Assembly (NCBI GenBank): GCA_047495785.1
Contig: JBLDXI010000024.1
Coordinates: 4,402,001 to 4,466,000, forward strand
Length of the DNA: 64,000 nt
Origin: Lepidodermella squamata
Taxonomy: Eukaryota > Animalia > Gastrotricha
Direction of reading: 5' to 3'
In this document: piece by piece, positions 23,201-37,600 of the stretch
Layout: the number at the start of each line of letters is the position of its first letter
Numbering within the stretch: the stretch's first letter is position 1
Position numbers and translations under genes: made by a program
Notes under the pieces: generated by a model
The model's database searches: none
Seen by the model: only the letters and a program-made list of their open reading frames with translations
What the model was told of the DNA's origin: nothing

Positions 23201-26200
23201 CTATGTCCGAATATCCGTACTTCAGGACTGCGGCTGTGGCCAAAAAATTACACAAGCCCGAATTTCGCAATGACTGTGAGAATATGGATCTGCCTACCTC
23301 ACACTGGCTGCGTCACTTCAGGCATAGGGCTATGCGCGTCAACTTGCATATGCCCTGTTGGCTACAAGAGCAGCTACGGTTCAAACTGCGGTGACAATTT
23401 CAATGCTCATTTCGAATTCCATTATGTTTTAAAATTCAGATATCTGGAACATGCCCCCCGTGGATTGCGAGGATATCTTGATGCGAGACCGCACAGCACC
23501 TGATGGCGTTTACACTATCTACCCGCCGGCGATGCCATCAATGCAAGTCTATTGCGACATGACAAGCATTGGAGGCGGCTGGACGGTGTTCCAGAAGCGT
23601 ATCGATGGCTCGACGGACTTCTACCTGAATTGGGCTAACTACAAAGCTGGCTTCGGCAATTTCGCTGCTAATTTCTGGCTGGGAAACGATAACATTCGAC
23701 GGTTAACTAGCCAGAATTACAACAGCATTCTTGCACTTTACATGGTTGCGCCAGACGACAGCCGCGGCCTCGCTGTGTACAAGGACTTCTACTTAGAAGA
23801 TGAAACTGATAATTACAGGCTCAGGTCTGGAAGCTTTTTAGGCGGAAATGCCGGTTGGTTCAAACCCTTAGAATATATTGTTCACTTTACGGGACCTCTT
23901 TACACAGGAGATTCCATGACGTACCACTTTGACACTGTCTTCAGTACAAAAGATCACGATATTTCGACCCTTGGTAACTGCTCAGACACTTTCAAAGGTG
24001 GCTGGTGGTAAGTCGTAACAATGCCCATGCGATTCATACTTGACAGATGCCATCGGGCGACTGTTGGGGCTATTTTAGTTGGCAAAATGCGGCATAGGGC
24101 ATAACAGCTGATCCCGAACAAAAAAGTGCACATTGTTTAAGAGTTTTTTGGGTTCGCATTATTTTTTACGGGTTTTGTGGCTATTTTTTTTATCGAAAAC
24201 GATGATTCATTCAGTCATTTGGAGGTTTTATTATTATTATTGGAGTATTTCTGTCTTAGTGCGAGAAATGCCCAAAAAAGTAGACTATTCCCAGTTTTTT
24301 GCGAGGTTGATCGTCATGAAAAAAATTGCACAGTGATATCACACAAAAATACGACTTTTTCTGCCATTCATAGAGTGGCGTTTTTTCGACGGATATCGAC
24401 CCTGTGATATATGGGGATACTCACCTTGAAGCTTCACTTAATTACAGTAATATTTAATTACAGCAATACGTTCTGGCATATCAACCATACTGGAAACAGG
24501 AACAGTCCCCCAAAAATGTATAGTTTTCGCAAATCATGAATCAATTCAGATGGGCCGATTCTAAGGCCCTTTTGATCCATCGACGATACTTTTTATTTTA
24601 CAGTACAATATTTTACAGGTACAAGGCTTGTCACACTGTCAACTTCAATGGGTAAGTAGTTTACAGCTTTGAAATTTCATAAACAAATGAATGGGCATGA
24701 TTTATCAGACTGTACGGCGCAACTGCTTGGGCCAAAATGCCGATTTACAACTCGTTCAAGGGCGACTACGTTGGTATGACGGAGACGAGAATGATGCTTC
24801 GAAGGAACAAGCCACAGGACGCTTTGCCCTGTTAGTTTATGTTTTTCTAATTTGACTGGATCTTTACATTTTATCTTACGGATTTCAGCGCAAGCTTTCC
24901 CGAGACCGTTAGATTGCGAGGACATTCTTGTGGGTAATCCTCATGCTCCGAGCGGTGTATACCAAATATATCCGATTGGCTCTCCTGGTCCTGTCTCTGT
25001 TTTCTGTGAAATGGTAGCCCACAGTGGGGGTTTTACGGTGATCCATCGAAACACAAATGATGGATTGGACTTCAATAAAACATGGGCTGAGTATGAAGCT
25101 GGGTTCGGGAACCTAAATGGCTCGCACTACATTGGCAACTCGATCATCTATCAACTCACAAAAGGGGCTGGCCTAAATTATATGCTAGTCATTGGGCTAG
25201 AGGACACCACTGGGGACCAGCGATCGGCTGTTTATACTGGATTTTCATTACTGGACACAATCAACTACACGCTGTCGATTTCCGCTATGAATGGCGATGA
25301 TCAGGGAGATTCCATGGCAAGTTCAAATAACCAACCGTTCCAGACCTATGACCAACCAAAAGGCCGCTCCTGTGCTACAAAACGACCTGGTGCGTGGTGG
25401 TTCAAAGTACCAACAAACGCTGACCCGGTTAACCCGGATTGCTCTGATGCTAACATGAATGGAATCGTTGGCGCCAACTCGTGGGAGAGGGGACTGTTTT
25501 GGAGCACCTGGAAGGGCAGAAACACATCCCTAGCCTCAAGCCTTATGATGATAAGATCTAGTAAGTTCTGAAAACGTTCATCAGCATTCCGATTAGCAAT
25601 TGTGTTTCAGTGAGCTTCAAAGCCCAGGACTGCGTTGAAATATATTTCGGCAATTTCAACACAAGCGATGTATTTTGGCTTTTCCACGCGTCAGTTGGGC
25701 CTCTGCAGGTTGTCTGCGATCCGCTTACTTACGTCACAGGATGGAAAGGATGGATCGTGAGTAGACTTAGGATTTTTCTAGCCTTGTGAAATCGAACTTG
25801 CTTTCGTTGGTAATTGAGGCCAGTGCTCAAACCAGTGAACAAACATTGATTACACGGTGGTTATAAGACACTTGCGTACTGCATTGCGCTCGATAACTAC
25901 TTGGATGGTCGTTGTATAAGCTGTGTACCAGCTGATAGAATATCGCGGCGTAGTTGCTCATTGATTTGAGTATTTAGCCTCCATTACCAACGAGCGATTC
26001 CATAATTTCGATTCGACAAGGCTTCATTCCTTCTATTTTTCTCTTTGAATAACGAATAATATAAAGAATAGCCGGAACAGCCAGCGTTAAAAAATATTAT
26101 TTAATTTGAATTGCTGGACTTGTGCTTCTGGGATGAAACATTTACATTGTAAGAAGTGATTACTTCAGTTGATGTGTTTAGGTCATCCAGCAACAGTATT

Positions 26201-29200
26201 TCAACACGACATCATTTACCAGAACCTGGCAGGATTACAAGAATGGTTTCACTGTTCCACCCTTCGCATTAACTAAGGATTTTTGGATCGGTATGTATTT
26301 GATAACTTTTCTAACAGCATGATCAAATTCTTCACAGGTAACGAGAATTTGTACAAATTGACCAAGGATGACGCCTATCAGTTGGCTATCAGAATTATCT
26401 TACAAAACAATACAGAACTGCGGGCATTTTACGGCGATTTCTCAGTCAGCAGCGAGGAAGATGGCTATAGGCTATTTGTCAGTAATTACCAAGGCACTGC
26501 TGGGGATATGCTGTCAGCCAAGCACAACCATCAGCAGTTTTCGACATCGGATCGAGGCCCTGCATCCGGGTGTTTCACTCCGTATGGATTCACGGGGGGC
26601 TGGTGGTTCCCGAGTAATTGCAGCTTTGATTCAAATTTGAATAACAAAATGTCTTCGAGCGTTGTCAATGCAACTTTAAAATGGGGCAACTTGGCTATAA
26701 AATCCATCAGAATTCTAATTCAACGCAAGAAACATCGTAAGCGTGAAGAGCTCTGAGAATCAAAGATATAAATGTAATTGTTACAATAGCTAATGTCAAG
26801 AATGTTGCCAATGCTACAACGATCAATTTAAATTCAGCTGACTACGGCGTGGTAAGGCACGAGTGCAACAGAAAGTATTACCCGGTTGGCAGCGCGGAAA
26901 GAGTTCAAATCGTGGGCCCTTGGATATATTCCGGCAATTCGCTCACGTGCAATCGTAAGTTGATTCGCTATTAGCTTCTAACACGTTAGGCTAAGCACTC
27001 GCCCCGCAGCTCGGCCGTTGCCATACGACTGCAGTTCAATCCAGGATTACAACTCAGCGATGGGTTTTACTAGTGAATCGGGCGTATTCACATTGAATGA
27101 GACCACAGTCGGCAGCTTTGCGGCGTATTGCGATCAGGATACAATGGGCGGAGGCTGGACAGTAATTCAACGACGCGTAGATGGAAACCAAAGTTTTGCA
27201 CAAGACTTGGCCACTTATGAAACAGGTTTCGGCAATCCATTAGGGAATTTTTGGCTTGGCAACGCCAAAATCACAGCAATGACGCAGGCCGGAGACTACG
27301 AACTGCTGGTTCAGGTTGGATTGGCCAACACCTGGGGCTACGCACTGTATAGCAGCTTCTACCTCTCAGGAGCTAACAGCAGACTGGGTATTGCAGGCTA
27401 CAGCGCTGTTTCAAAAATAGGAGACTCCTTAATCCCTCTCTTGGGTAATCCTTTTATATTGGACACCTGTGGTTCGGGTGGTTGGTGGATCACTTCGCCG
27501 TGCAATCTAACTACGATTCAGAGCAATTTAAACAATTTGTATGGCTCTCAGGCTCAGGGATACATGAACATCTTCTGGCAGACTTTCACTTCGCCAACAA
27601 CAGCGCCATTAGCTCGCACTGAGATGAAGATTCGGCGAATCGTGCCAAGTGGGAAATACATCAAGGCTCCGAACTACCAATGCAGCAGTGGCGGACAATC
27701 CACTACTCTGGCTAACATCTCCAGCTCGGAACTTTGCATGGCTAAATGCACGGCCTTTACTACATATACTTGCATTCTTTTTGTATACAATCGCAACGTC
27801 AAATCTTGCAGTTTGCGTGATTCTATCTGCAAGAATGGCGAAGGAGCTGTCAGCAGTGCGTCAGATACTTACTATCGAAATGAGCTTCTTAGCCATGTCA
27901 CAGCCGACTGCGGTCCTCCTCCTGGGATGATGAATACGCGGATGGAGATTGTCGGAATGCCAACTGTCATGTCTGTGAATTACACGTGTAAATATATTCC
28001 ATACTACAAAAATACACTGACTGCCCAAGATTGGTCTGTACTAACTTGCAATCAGACCACAGGACGCTGGACAGGCAACAGCCTGGACTGCCGTGGTTTA
28101 TGCGGCTTGTTGCCAGATACCACCGGGTCGAATTCACACATCTCCTCTGTTACAAACAATGCTGGCACTTTTACTATCTTATACGAATGCGACGAAAGCT
28201 TTGTGTGGAGTTCTGGCGATCTCACAAAACTTTGCGCTCCCCCTTATGGCTCCTTGACTGGTGCCGCGCTCAGTTGTGCCTCAACTCGCTGCGTAGATCC
28301 TCCAATTTTTCCAAACACCACCAATAATTTTACGGTTCCCGCGGTAGTCGCGCCAGAGCTACGAAACACACGAGGCAGTGTATGGGAGTATAAATGTGAC
28401 ACGCCAGGCTATGTTTTCCATGACACCGGCCTAGCATCGGCGATTTTGACTTGTGCAGTCTCCAAGCAGTGGACGGGAAACGTCGGGTTTTGCAACCGTA
28501 AGTTTCCTGAAGGCTGATTTTATAAAAGTGATCCTCTTCACACTCTCAGCCGATTGTTCCTCGATCGGAGGTTGTCAAAACGATGGCTATTGCAGCCTGC
28601 CGAACACATGCGAGTGCCCCGTTGGTTGGTTGGGGGCAAATTGCTCTATTGGCAAGCTCACAGTTCACTTGTTGAAAATCATATTCTATAATTTGTTCAT
28701 CAGCCGATTGTTCATCACTTGCAAACTGCAGCACGCATGGATTTTGCGGCCAACCTGCCAACTGCACGTGCGATGCTGGCTGGTCAGGGCCTGATTGCTC
28801 AACCCGTAAGTTTGTGCATATTTACTGGAATCAATTTGCGATCTAAACGTGCATTCAGCTATCTGCATTGGTGGTTGCAATAACGGAGGGACATGTACCA
28901 GTCCTAACCTATGCACTTGCATAGCAGGCTGGCGCGATGCAGACTGCGGCACCCGTAATAATGCGATAGATTTGTGTTTCCAGTGTGACGTTTGATTTCA
29001 CAGCTAGCTGCTCGGCTACAACAGGTCTTTGCTCGAATGGCGGCTCATGTGTCGCCCCGAACACTTGCATTTGTGCATCTGGTTGGAAGGATCCTACGTG
29101 TGATACAGGTATCCCTGGATATAATTTCGCACGGAGCTTTTTCCCCTATCGTCAATTTACAGTGGATTGTTCTGCTGTTGGCAACTGTGCTAACGGAGGC

Positions 29201-29284
29201 TCTTGCACTGGACCGAACACTTGTACATGCACAGCGGGCTGGACAGGGTCGAATTGCACAACCGGTTTGTTATGATTAGTAGGG

Positions 29285-30098
29285 TAGAGCTGCGTCGATC
29301 CGAAAAATCCCGGGGACTGTAGTACGTTGGACTGAAAGTACCGGGTCTCGGTCGCCTTTTAAATAGTTGCTGGTTAACCCGGTTAACCGGGTTGTAACAT
29401 ATATTTTCAAATTAGCCGTGACAAGCGGTTAAAGGTACTCGATATGAGATTGATGAAAAGACACCAAATCAATGACTTTTTTGCGCAATACATTGTGGAT
29501 TGAGGGAGAGCACTTCACAAATTAACAACCAATCAAACGATTGCCTATAATCAATCATCGATAATCGACAGTTATAGACAGTTCATAGAAAATCTGACAT
29601 CGCCAATTAATTCTTCGTCAGAAGATACCCAAGAGTACGTTTCTTTCCGATATTCCTTTAGAAGTGTTAAGATTTTATTTGAATTATCAATTGCGGAAAA
29701 CCGTTCTTCTTTGATGAAAAAGATTATGGAAATTCCGAAAAAGTGACTCCTTCTGCTAAAAAATGCCCTTGGAAATCACGAAGAGAAAAATTATATGCAC
29801 TGTTTCGAAATCCGTTTTCAAAGAGAATTTCAATAGCTCTTTTCAATTTTGAGATAATCACACTTATTGCTTTATTGCAGCAATCGAAATGTCATAGTTT
29901 TTCTGTAGTGTAACATATCGTTTCCCTCAAAATTTTGCTTAGAATCTAACGGCGAAATCGGATCGAAATCAGAGATACTGGCAATGTTTTGTGATCTCCG
30001 ATGTGTAGCCCCGCAAAGCAACCGGCTAACCGGTGGTCCTTACGAGGACCGAAAGGAACCGGACCCGAGGCTCTGAAATCAGGACCAGCACAGCTCTA
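29285..30098. mobile_element. hAT-like non-autonomous element in an intron that is ~50 nt in copy 1
   Basis: TIRs TAGAGCTGCG / CACAGCTCTA, subterminal AACCGG motifs, degenerate 8-bp TSD (TAGTAGGG / GAATAGGG). Confidence 0.65.
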
Positions 30099-33000
30099 GA
30101 ATAGGGATGAGGGGATATAATATAGAAAACGCTTTATCGACGGTTATTTTCCAGCAATCTGCTCTGCCGTTTGCTTGAATGGCGGTACTTGCACTGCTCC
30201 CAACCTCTGCACCTGCGCGGCTGGCTGGACTGGTTCGGCGTGTAGCAATCGTAAGTCTAATATTAGACATTAGATTTTCCTTTGAATGATAAAATTCCCA
30301 GCTGTTTGCTCGACGCCATGCTTAAACGGAGGTTCGTGCACTGCGCCGAGTATATGCACATGCAAACCAGGCTGGATAAGCAGCACGTGCGCCGAACGTA
30401 AGACTTTTGAACTCTGATCGCATTTATAGGATTCATGATTGGATTTTTTTAGCTGACTGTACAACCTTGGGTGGCTGTTTGAATGGTGGGACCTGTAGTT
30501 CTCCTGGGAATTGTACTTGCTCGAAGGGATGGACGGGTGACAACTGCACAACTCGTAAGGGCACTGATCGAATGAATAAAATAGATTGACATTAACATCT
30601 ATCAGCGGACTGTTCAGTGATTGGTGGCTGTTTAAACGACGGCACTTGTTCAGCGCCTGATAGTTGCACCTGCAATACGAGCAAATGGCGTGGAACGAGA
30701 TGTGAGATTCCAAGTGCTAACTGCTCTAGCCTCGGCGCATGCTACAACGGTGGCACATGCGTGGGGATAAATGTATGCAGCTGTGCCCTGGGGTGGAATG
30801 CGACAAATTGCGCATTGCGTAAGCTTGGCCTTCATCGACTCTACCGCAGGAAATAAAGATTACTATGTAGCATCCTGCTCTGATATTGGAGAATGTAAAA
30901 ATGGAGGAATCTGTGCGCAGCCCAATGTTTGCACCTGTACAGGAAGCTGGGCCGGCATTGATTGTTCGAAGAAGAACAATGAAACCGCGCCATCAACTGC
31001 GGCTTCGATTTCATTCATCACCGCGATGCCACCTCAAACTTTGATAGCAGCAGCGACTCCTTTCAGTGCTGTTGTTGTTGAGGCTTCAATACGCATCAGC
31101 TCCACAGAGAACGACGCTAGCTGCTGCGCTAGCTGCGTCGTCTACAGCATTCATCGCAGACTTGGCCCCTGTAATGGCGAAATATGCTGAACTGGCGAGT
31201 CAGATGGCCCCGGAGGTTGTTGCCAACATTACAGTTGCTTACGCTACGGCGGCTAGTTCAGTCATGTTTGCTGTATCTGAAGCAGTCAGTAGCAACGAAG
31301 AAACGACATCGAGCCCGCTATCCCTTGATCTCAACGATAAAAGCATTAAATGTACCACAGAATCGGCCGCGGCCACGACACCAAGCCCTAAAGCCGCGCT
31401 GTCAACTGAAGACGTGAGTTTTGTAAGGAGGAAAATAAAACCTGAATTGGCATGTTTTACAGTCATCAAAGCTGTATGGAAATTTCAATCAAATGATTGA
31501 CGTCATGCTGAAGATGGTTGAGGCGAACCTTAAAACAGGCAAAAACTTTACATTTAACAGCAAGTTTTTTTCGGTGGTCCTGAGTGTTGTCGACGCTAAG
31601 AAGCTGCCGAGTTTGAGGCTGGAAACAATCCACGCGGCCGTGGTGTTTCCAAATACGACATCAGCAGCTGAATTTGTAGATTCTAAGGCATCGGGAGTCT
31701 CAATTGTAGACTCTGATACTGTCACTGTCGCTGTCACAGCATACATCGTTAACGTCCTCGACCCCAAACAGCCGTTTAACATGCCAACCATTTCTGTCAA
31801 GGTTCTCTATCAGAAGAAAGAGCTTGTTCTCAAGAAAGGCTATTCAACAAAAATTACTGGGAAACCTATCGTTTCACGAGCAGCATTGCTAACCCTGCAA
31901 AAATCCGACTCTCAGTGCGATGTTAGCAAGATTACTTGTGATGTCAGTACGAATGCGGATACACTTGGATCGTTGGCTCTATTCCCTTTTTCAACGGATT
32001 CTGGCGATTTTGTGCTGATATTCCCAGTCATCAAGTACAACTACACGGCATATCTATCTCTCAATAGCACCCCAACTGTCAAGAGCTATACCTGGTTTGT
32101 TAACGTTACTCAAACCAGTGTGAACACGAGTGTTAATGCAAGCCTGGGGGGGCTCAAGGCGAGCTACAACAAAGATGTCGAATTGAGAATATTGATCCCT
32201 CAATCAGCATTGCAGGATTTCGCAGAAATGCACGGAATGTCATCGAGTGAAAATATCTCATTTAAGATGCACGTTTACACAAAGAAAGACCTTTCCAGTT
32301 TCTCAACTATTGAAGACTTGCCATCAGATGCTTGCGAATTACAACGATGCTACGGTTACCACCTCAAGGTAGGCTTCGCAAAGGCAAGAAACACGAATTC
32401 AAGGAAAAGACGCGATGCCTCACAAACGAGCTCTGATGACGATTTCGAGCTTGATCCTAGTTCGACTGAATCCGCCGTTACTTTCAAATCATCTTACTTT
32501 GGCGATTTCGGAGCTGATCTCGTGATCTCACCTAACACCATTGAATTCTCGGACATCTTCGCCAATTTTGCAACGCTTGTATCGGATAACGCATTCGTAC
32601 TCGCTTTCCAAATTGCCGCAGTTGTTTTCTTCATAATCGGAGTGATTGTCGTTTGGCGATTTGACAAACTGGACATTAAGGAGTGGGCATTTATGCCTTT
32701 GAAGAGCAACAAGCCTCACGAAAGACACAGATATCTCGTATCCGTAGATCACTTTGACGTTAAAAACTATCATCTGAAGCCCGTGGTCCTACTTCGAGCT
32801 TACGGTGATATCAGCGATACGAACTGGCGAGTGCTTGAAGATTGCGAGAGAGAATCAAATTTCAACGGAAGGAGACCAGCTAATTTCATGATGACTACCA
32901 CCCTTCCCATTGGCCATATCGAGGCAATCGAAATCCGACTTCACAGCCGATTCAGGTCACACTATGGCAGCAAGCCTCTTCAGATGCAAATAGACAAAGT

Positions 33001-33652
33001 TGTCATGGTTGACATCGAAAAGGGACAGAAGTTTGTTTTCTCGACCAAAGCTCTCATGAAAAGTGGAGAGATGAAGTTCAAAGAGCTTGCGACTGAGGAT
33101 GAGATCAAAGGCTTCAAGTCCTTGGTTAGCGCTCATTCTCGAGTTGGCTTGTTCAGTTCTCATCCATGGCTATCCATCACAAGGCGTCCTCTTCCGAGTA
33201 ACTGGACCAGATGCGAACGACTGGCTTGTGTTGTTAGTGCCCTCTTCATGGCCATGCTTGTGAGTGCAATGTTTTACGGAAAAGAGAGTAAATCACCCCG
33301 AGTTGGAGTCAATATCGGGGGATTCTTCCGATTGTCTTGGTTTACAGTCTACACTAGCTTCATCGGATGCGTCATCGTCATCCCTCCAACTGCGATCATG
33401 GCCTTCATTTTCAAGCGAATTCGACGTCGATCGGCTGAGAATAGCCAATACACAACTATTTTCAACGTGGCCTTGGGATTGAAGCGAAGAGATGTCGACA
33501 GCAAAGAGAAGAAGCCATTCCAGCTTCCATACTACTGCGCTATCATTGCATGGTTCTGTAAGTTTCAATTCAATTAAATCCATCCTTGCATTTAGTTTAC
33601 TTCTAGTGGTTGCTGGTTGCATTGGGGCATCATCGTTTTTCATTATCATGTA

Positions 33653-34696
33653 CCGTCATTTGGGGCAAAATGAACTTTTGGGGCTAATTGGCCAAAAATT
33701 GAGGTTTTCACATTTTTATCGATAGCTCAAAAACTACAAGATAAAACTTCACAAAAATTTACGGGGACGATTATCAACAAGCCTTTTACAAGCCTGTAAA
33801 TTTTCAGCCAGGTATGTCCCGGAATGAGGTCACAGCATGTTGTTGTTTAAAGGTGAGTTTGGGGAGGTAAAAACGACTCCTCTAAATTGAATTACCTGGA
33901 GCCAATCACGAGGTTTGATGTTCAGATGAAATTTTTTCCTTCGACCATTTTCGTCGTAGATGACAGCAAAAAAAACCGCGACCCCAGGCGATGCACAGGT
34001 ATGGCTAGGTGATTGTGGCCAAATTACCCCATGGAAAACTCAATGATGGGGGCTAATTGGCCACCCTTATCCTTATAATGGGTTTTTAATATTTGATGAT
34101 TGTGAGGGTTGAATGGTCGAGTGGTTGTGATGCGTCATCAGAGCTTGCGAGTGATCTGATGAGCGACGGTTCGAATCCTCATAAAGTAGCATTTTTTTTG
34201 CTACGCATTTAATTTTTTAATTTTTTCTGTTAATTTTCCATTTTAATTATTCTACTAACACCACGTATCCCAGGCATTTCTTTTGTTCGGGAGGCGTTTA
34301 AAAGTTGCTCAGCAGTAAAACTATCAGAAAAAACGGAGAAACTAATTAAAAATTATTAGTAAAATGGACAATTGAAACCAAAAAATTAAAAATTAAATGC
34401 GTAGCAAAAAAAATGCTACTTTATGAGGATTCGAACCGTCGCTCATCAGATCACTCAAGTTCTGATGACGCATCACAACCACTCGACCATTCAACCCTCA
34501 CAATCATCAAATATTAAAAACCCATTATAAGGATAAGGGTGGCCAATTAGCCCCAAAACACCTGTCCAATTTGCCCCAAACCTGGGGCAAAATGAGCTTC
34601 CTATAAAATCGGAATCAGGACCCTCTGAAACGTGTAAAAATGCGAAAAAAACAGGGGGTCATTTTTTTCCCGCGGCCATTTTGCCCCAATTTACGG
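33653..34696. mobile_element. Non-autonomous Tc1/mariner(pogo)-superfamily-like element inserted in a coding exon of copy 2
   Basis: TA target duplication (33651-52, 34697-98). TIRs CCGTCATTTGGGGCAAAATG / CATTTTGCCCCAATTTACGG. Removing the element restores ATG TAC AGT TTG ATG (MYSLM). Confidence 0.92.
34049..34554. repeat. Internal inverted repeat (~180-bp arms), each arm with a tRNA-derived A-box/B-box unit
   Basis: 34049-34227 is nearly the reverse complement of 34380-34554. A box TGGTCGAGTGG (34114), B box GGTTCGAATCC (34168), T-run at 34192. Confidence 0.85.
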
Positions 34697-37600
34697 TACA
34701 GTTTGATGTGGGGCAAGGAGAAATCTTTGCAGTGGCTCAGTGGAATGGTCATGAGCGTTGTTCAGGACATCATTCTCATCCAAACAGTCAAAGTCGCATT
34801 GTTGTCTGTCTGTAGTTCAACTTTGCTTTCCTTGCCTGATGACGGCCTTGATATTGGCAAGATGACATTCGCAAAGAACAGCTCCAATAAGAAATCGGAG
34901 CTGTTCAAGCGCATGCGAAACATCATCGGAGGGATTTTCCACCACATCATTTACGTCGTCGCGTTTGCTATTGTGGTATCTGCAACGCAGAACAGACTTG
35001 CCTATCAACAAATTGGGGACTTGAAGCCATTGGTAGAGATGCCTTCTGTACCTCAGATAGGTGTGATCAATGACTACAGCCAGATTTATTCGTGGCTGAA
35101 TAACAACCTTCTGCCGCAGTTTTTCACTGCCAACCAGTTGAGCAAGGGCTTGAAATTCAATGTGAAAAACATCTACCAAGTTCTTAATCACGATGTGGTA
35201 GTTCTCGGGCCCGTTCGCTTGAGACAACAACGAGTCCGATCTGGTAAGTTGGATTTAACTCAAATGAACCGAATGATTCATATGATTACATACCTTGTTA
35301 TTCAGCCCCCTGTTTGTTGGAGACTTCGGTGATTCCTCAGTATGTCAAGAAATTCACAGATCTTCTCGTGGTCAATTCAACAACGTGCCAGAATCAATAC
35401 GTTGGCCAACTTGGAATTGGCGCGGACACTGAGACCAGACAGTTTTCGAATTTCAATTGGACGTACAACGTGGATAATACTGCTTGGCTGGCTGAGAACG
35501 TCACGACTGATCAGGCTCCATGGATTCATCGAGAAGACAGCGGAATTCCTTACTCCGGCTGGCAGGCAACCTACACCAGCGGTGGATATTACGTCGACCT
35601 GCCCGTGAATCTCGCGAAAGCTCAAGCTTTCGTCGCTGGGCTTCAGTCAAGGAGATGGCTTGACAACGCAACTTCAGTCTTGTTTGTTGACATGGTTCTG
35701 TTCAATGCTCAGGTCAACTTGTTCATCGCTGTGAAAGTTGTGTTCGAAGCTTTGAGTGCTGGAGGCATGACGTATAATGCGAGAATGTATCCTCTTCAGC
35801 TGTACCAATACATCGGAGCCAGTTCGATCTTCATCTTCGCGATTCAGGGCATCTGGATTCTGCTAGTCATCTCGCATCTAGTCAAAATTTTCATAAAAAT
35901 GAAGAAGGAAGGCTTCAACAAATTCCGAAAAGATGGATGGAACTTGTTAGAGCTGTGTCAGATATTGATATCCTTAGCTATCGTTGGACTGTTCATTGCT
36001 CGAATTCTTGTTGTTATGAAAGCTGTTACTCGGCTTCAGACCGATCGAACTTCATTTGTAAATTTTGATCTTCTGGTCAACTGGGAAGCTTTGATGGCTA
36101 ACCTGTACGGCATCACCTTTTTCATGACGATGCTGCTGTTTTTCCGCCATCTCACCTTTAACAAGTACTGGTGCATCTTTTTGGGAACACTCTCCAAGGG
36201 AAAGGGCGACCTGTCATCGTTCCTCTTCGCTTTCGTCCTGATCACTGTTCTATTTGCCGAACTTGGTTATCTGAGCCTAAATACGACTTGTGACGAGTTT
36301 CAATCATTCACCGCTTCGATTATGACCCTTGTTCAGAATATCATCGGAGTAACTGGGTCACTGATGTCTCTGAGTTTCACCTCGCGTTATATCATGCTTT
36401 TCTGCATGGCTTACTCAACTATTGTCATGTTTTTGGCTGTTCAGGTCTTCATGACAATCATATCAGTTACATACAGCCAAGTTGCAGAGAATGTTGAGGA
36501 AAACACAGACTGGGACCATGAACTGTCGAGCTACATGGCAGAGGAGTTATCATCCACTGTTACCAAAGCACTCGCGAGGAAAGAAAAGCCTGCGTCCGTT
36601 TTCAAACCTGTTGGTGAACGAAACTTTGCAAAACGTAAGCCCTTTATTGTACTAATATTGCGCTTCGTATTTCATGCTACAATAGTGGAACTTTCAATTC
36701 ACCGCTTCTCCCGATTCATCGAGACGCGAATTGCGGACGAAAGCTATGAAAGAGTAACGAAACGCGAACGCTGCCTAATGCATTGGATGCATTTGAAACT
36801 GCATGCTTCACGGCTGCGAAGATCGAACCAATGTCAGGTACCTGCCAACAACACCTCAATGAAGATCAGAGACCCCAAGATGTTCTTACTTGGAGACAAA
36901 ATTGTGACGCAACGAGGTAATTTTGTTAAGGATATTGAACTACCTCGACTCCCAGAGACGATTCTTCTAGATTGGTCCCATAGGATGAAAACAGTTAGCA
37001 ATGTCGAGCCATCAATCTTGCCGGAGCAGATAATCATGCCTCAAATCGCAAAACCGGACATCTTGTTTAATGATAGAGCTATCAAGAAGGAAAGTCCAGT
37101 AGAAAAACCGCCAGCTCCAAATCCATCACAAAAAGAACCGCCAGCTAAAACGCAGGCTAATCCGGGTCACAAATCGTTGTGGGGTATGTTCTTCCCAAGC
37201 AAGAAACAGCCTGGCAGTTTGCCAGTCGGACCAGTTCGTGGAATGTACGACCCTAAGAAACAGGGCGGTCGCAGTCAATTAAATCCCTACCCATCACATT
37301 AAATGACAAAACTTGATGACAGCTTGGAACAATTTATTAATGAGATTGCAAGTGAGTGATTTTTTGAACCCATTACATATTGACGAGGCAAATGAATAAA
37401 GACGCAAGACATTGGATGATCCCCCACCCCCCTGAAAGTCCACACCGGAAATGGGATAGAAATTGAGCGAGTAATCAGTTTAGATTCAGAAGTGAAGCTT
37501 GCACATGCAGGTGTGGACTGTTTACGGTCAAAATATGAGCCCAAGGGACCGCATGGTTTAAGAATGGCAAGGGTTTGAAAATAGTCGATAGTGGAAACAA

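Larger units (their letters stand above)
20761..37302 (+). pseudogene. Polycystin-1-like paralog, copy 2; probably disrupted (frameshift ~31110, transposon in exon 33653-34696)
   Basis: Same exon structure as copy 1; ATG 20761 (MKFQFATFILIVAGIEG). Net +7 nt versus copy 1 in the stalk exon (duplicated GCTAGCTGC) leads to a stop at 31188-31190. TA-flanked TIR element inside the IIMY/SLMW exon. Conserved NAMFY is changed to SAMFY. Confidence 0.75.

Noticed and set aside
34105-34185. Possible genuine tRNA gene
   Set aside because: No canonical 7-bp acceptor stem or 7-nt anticodon loop, and it lies within a transposon palindrome; treated as tRNA-derived.
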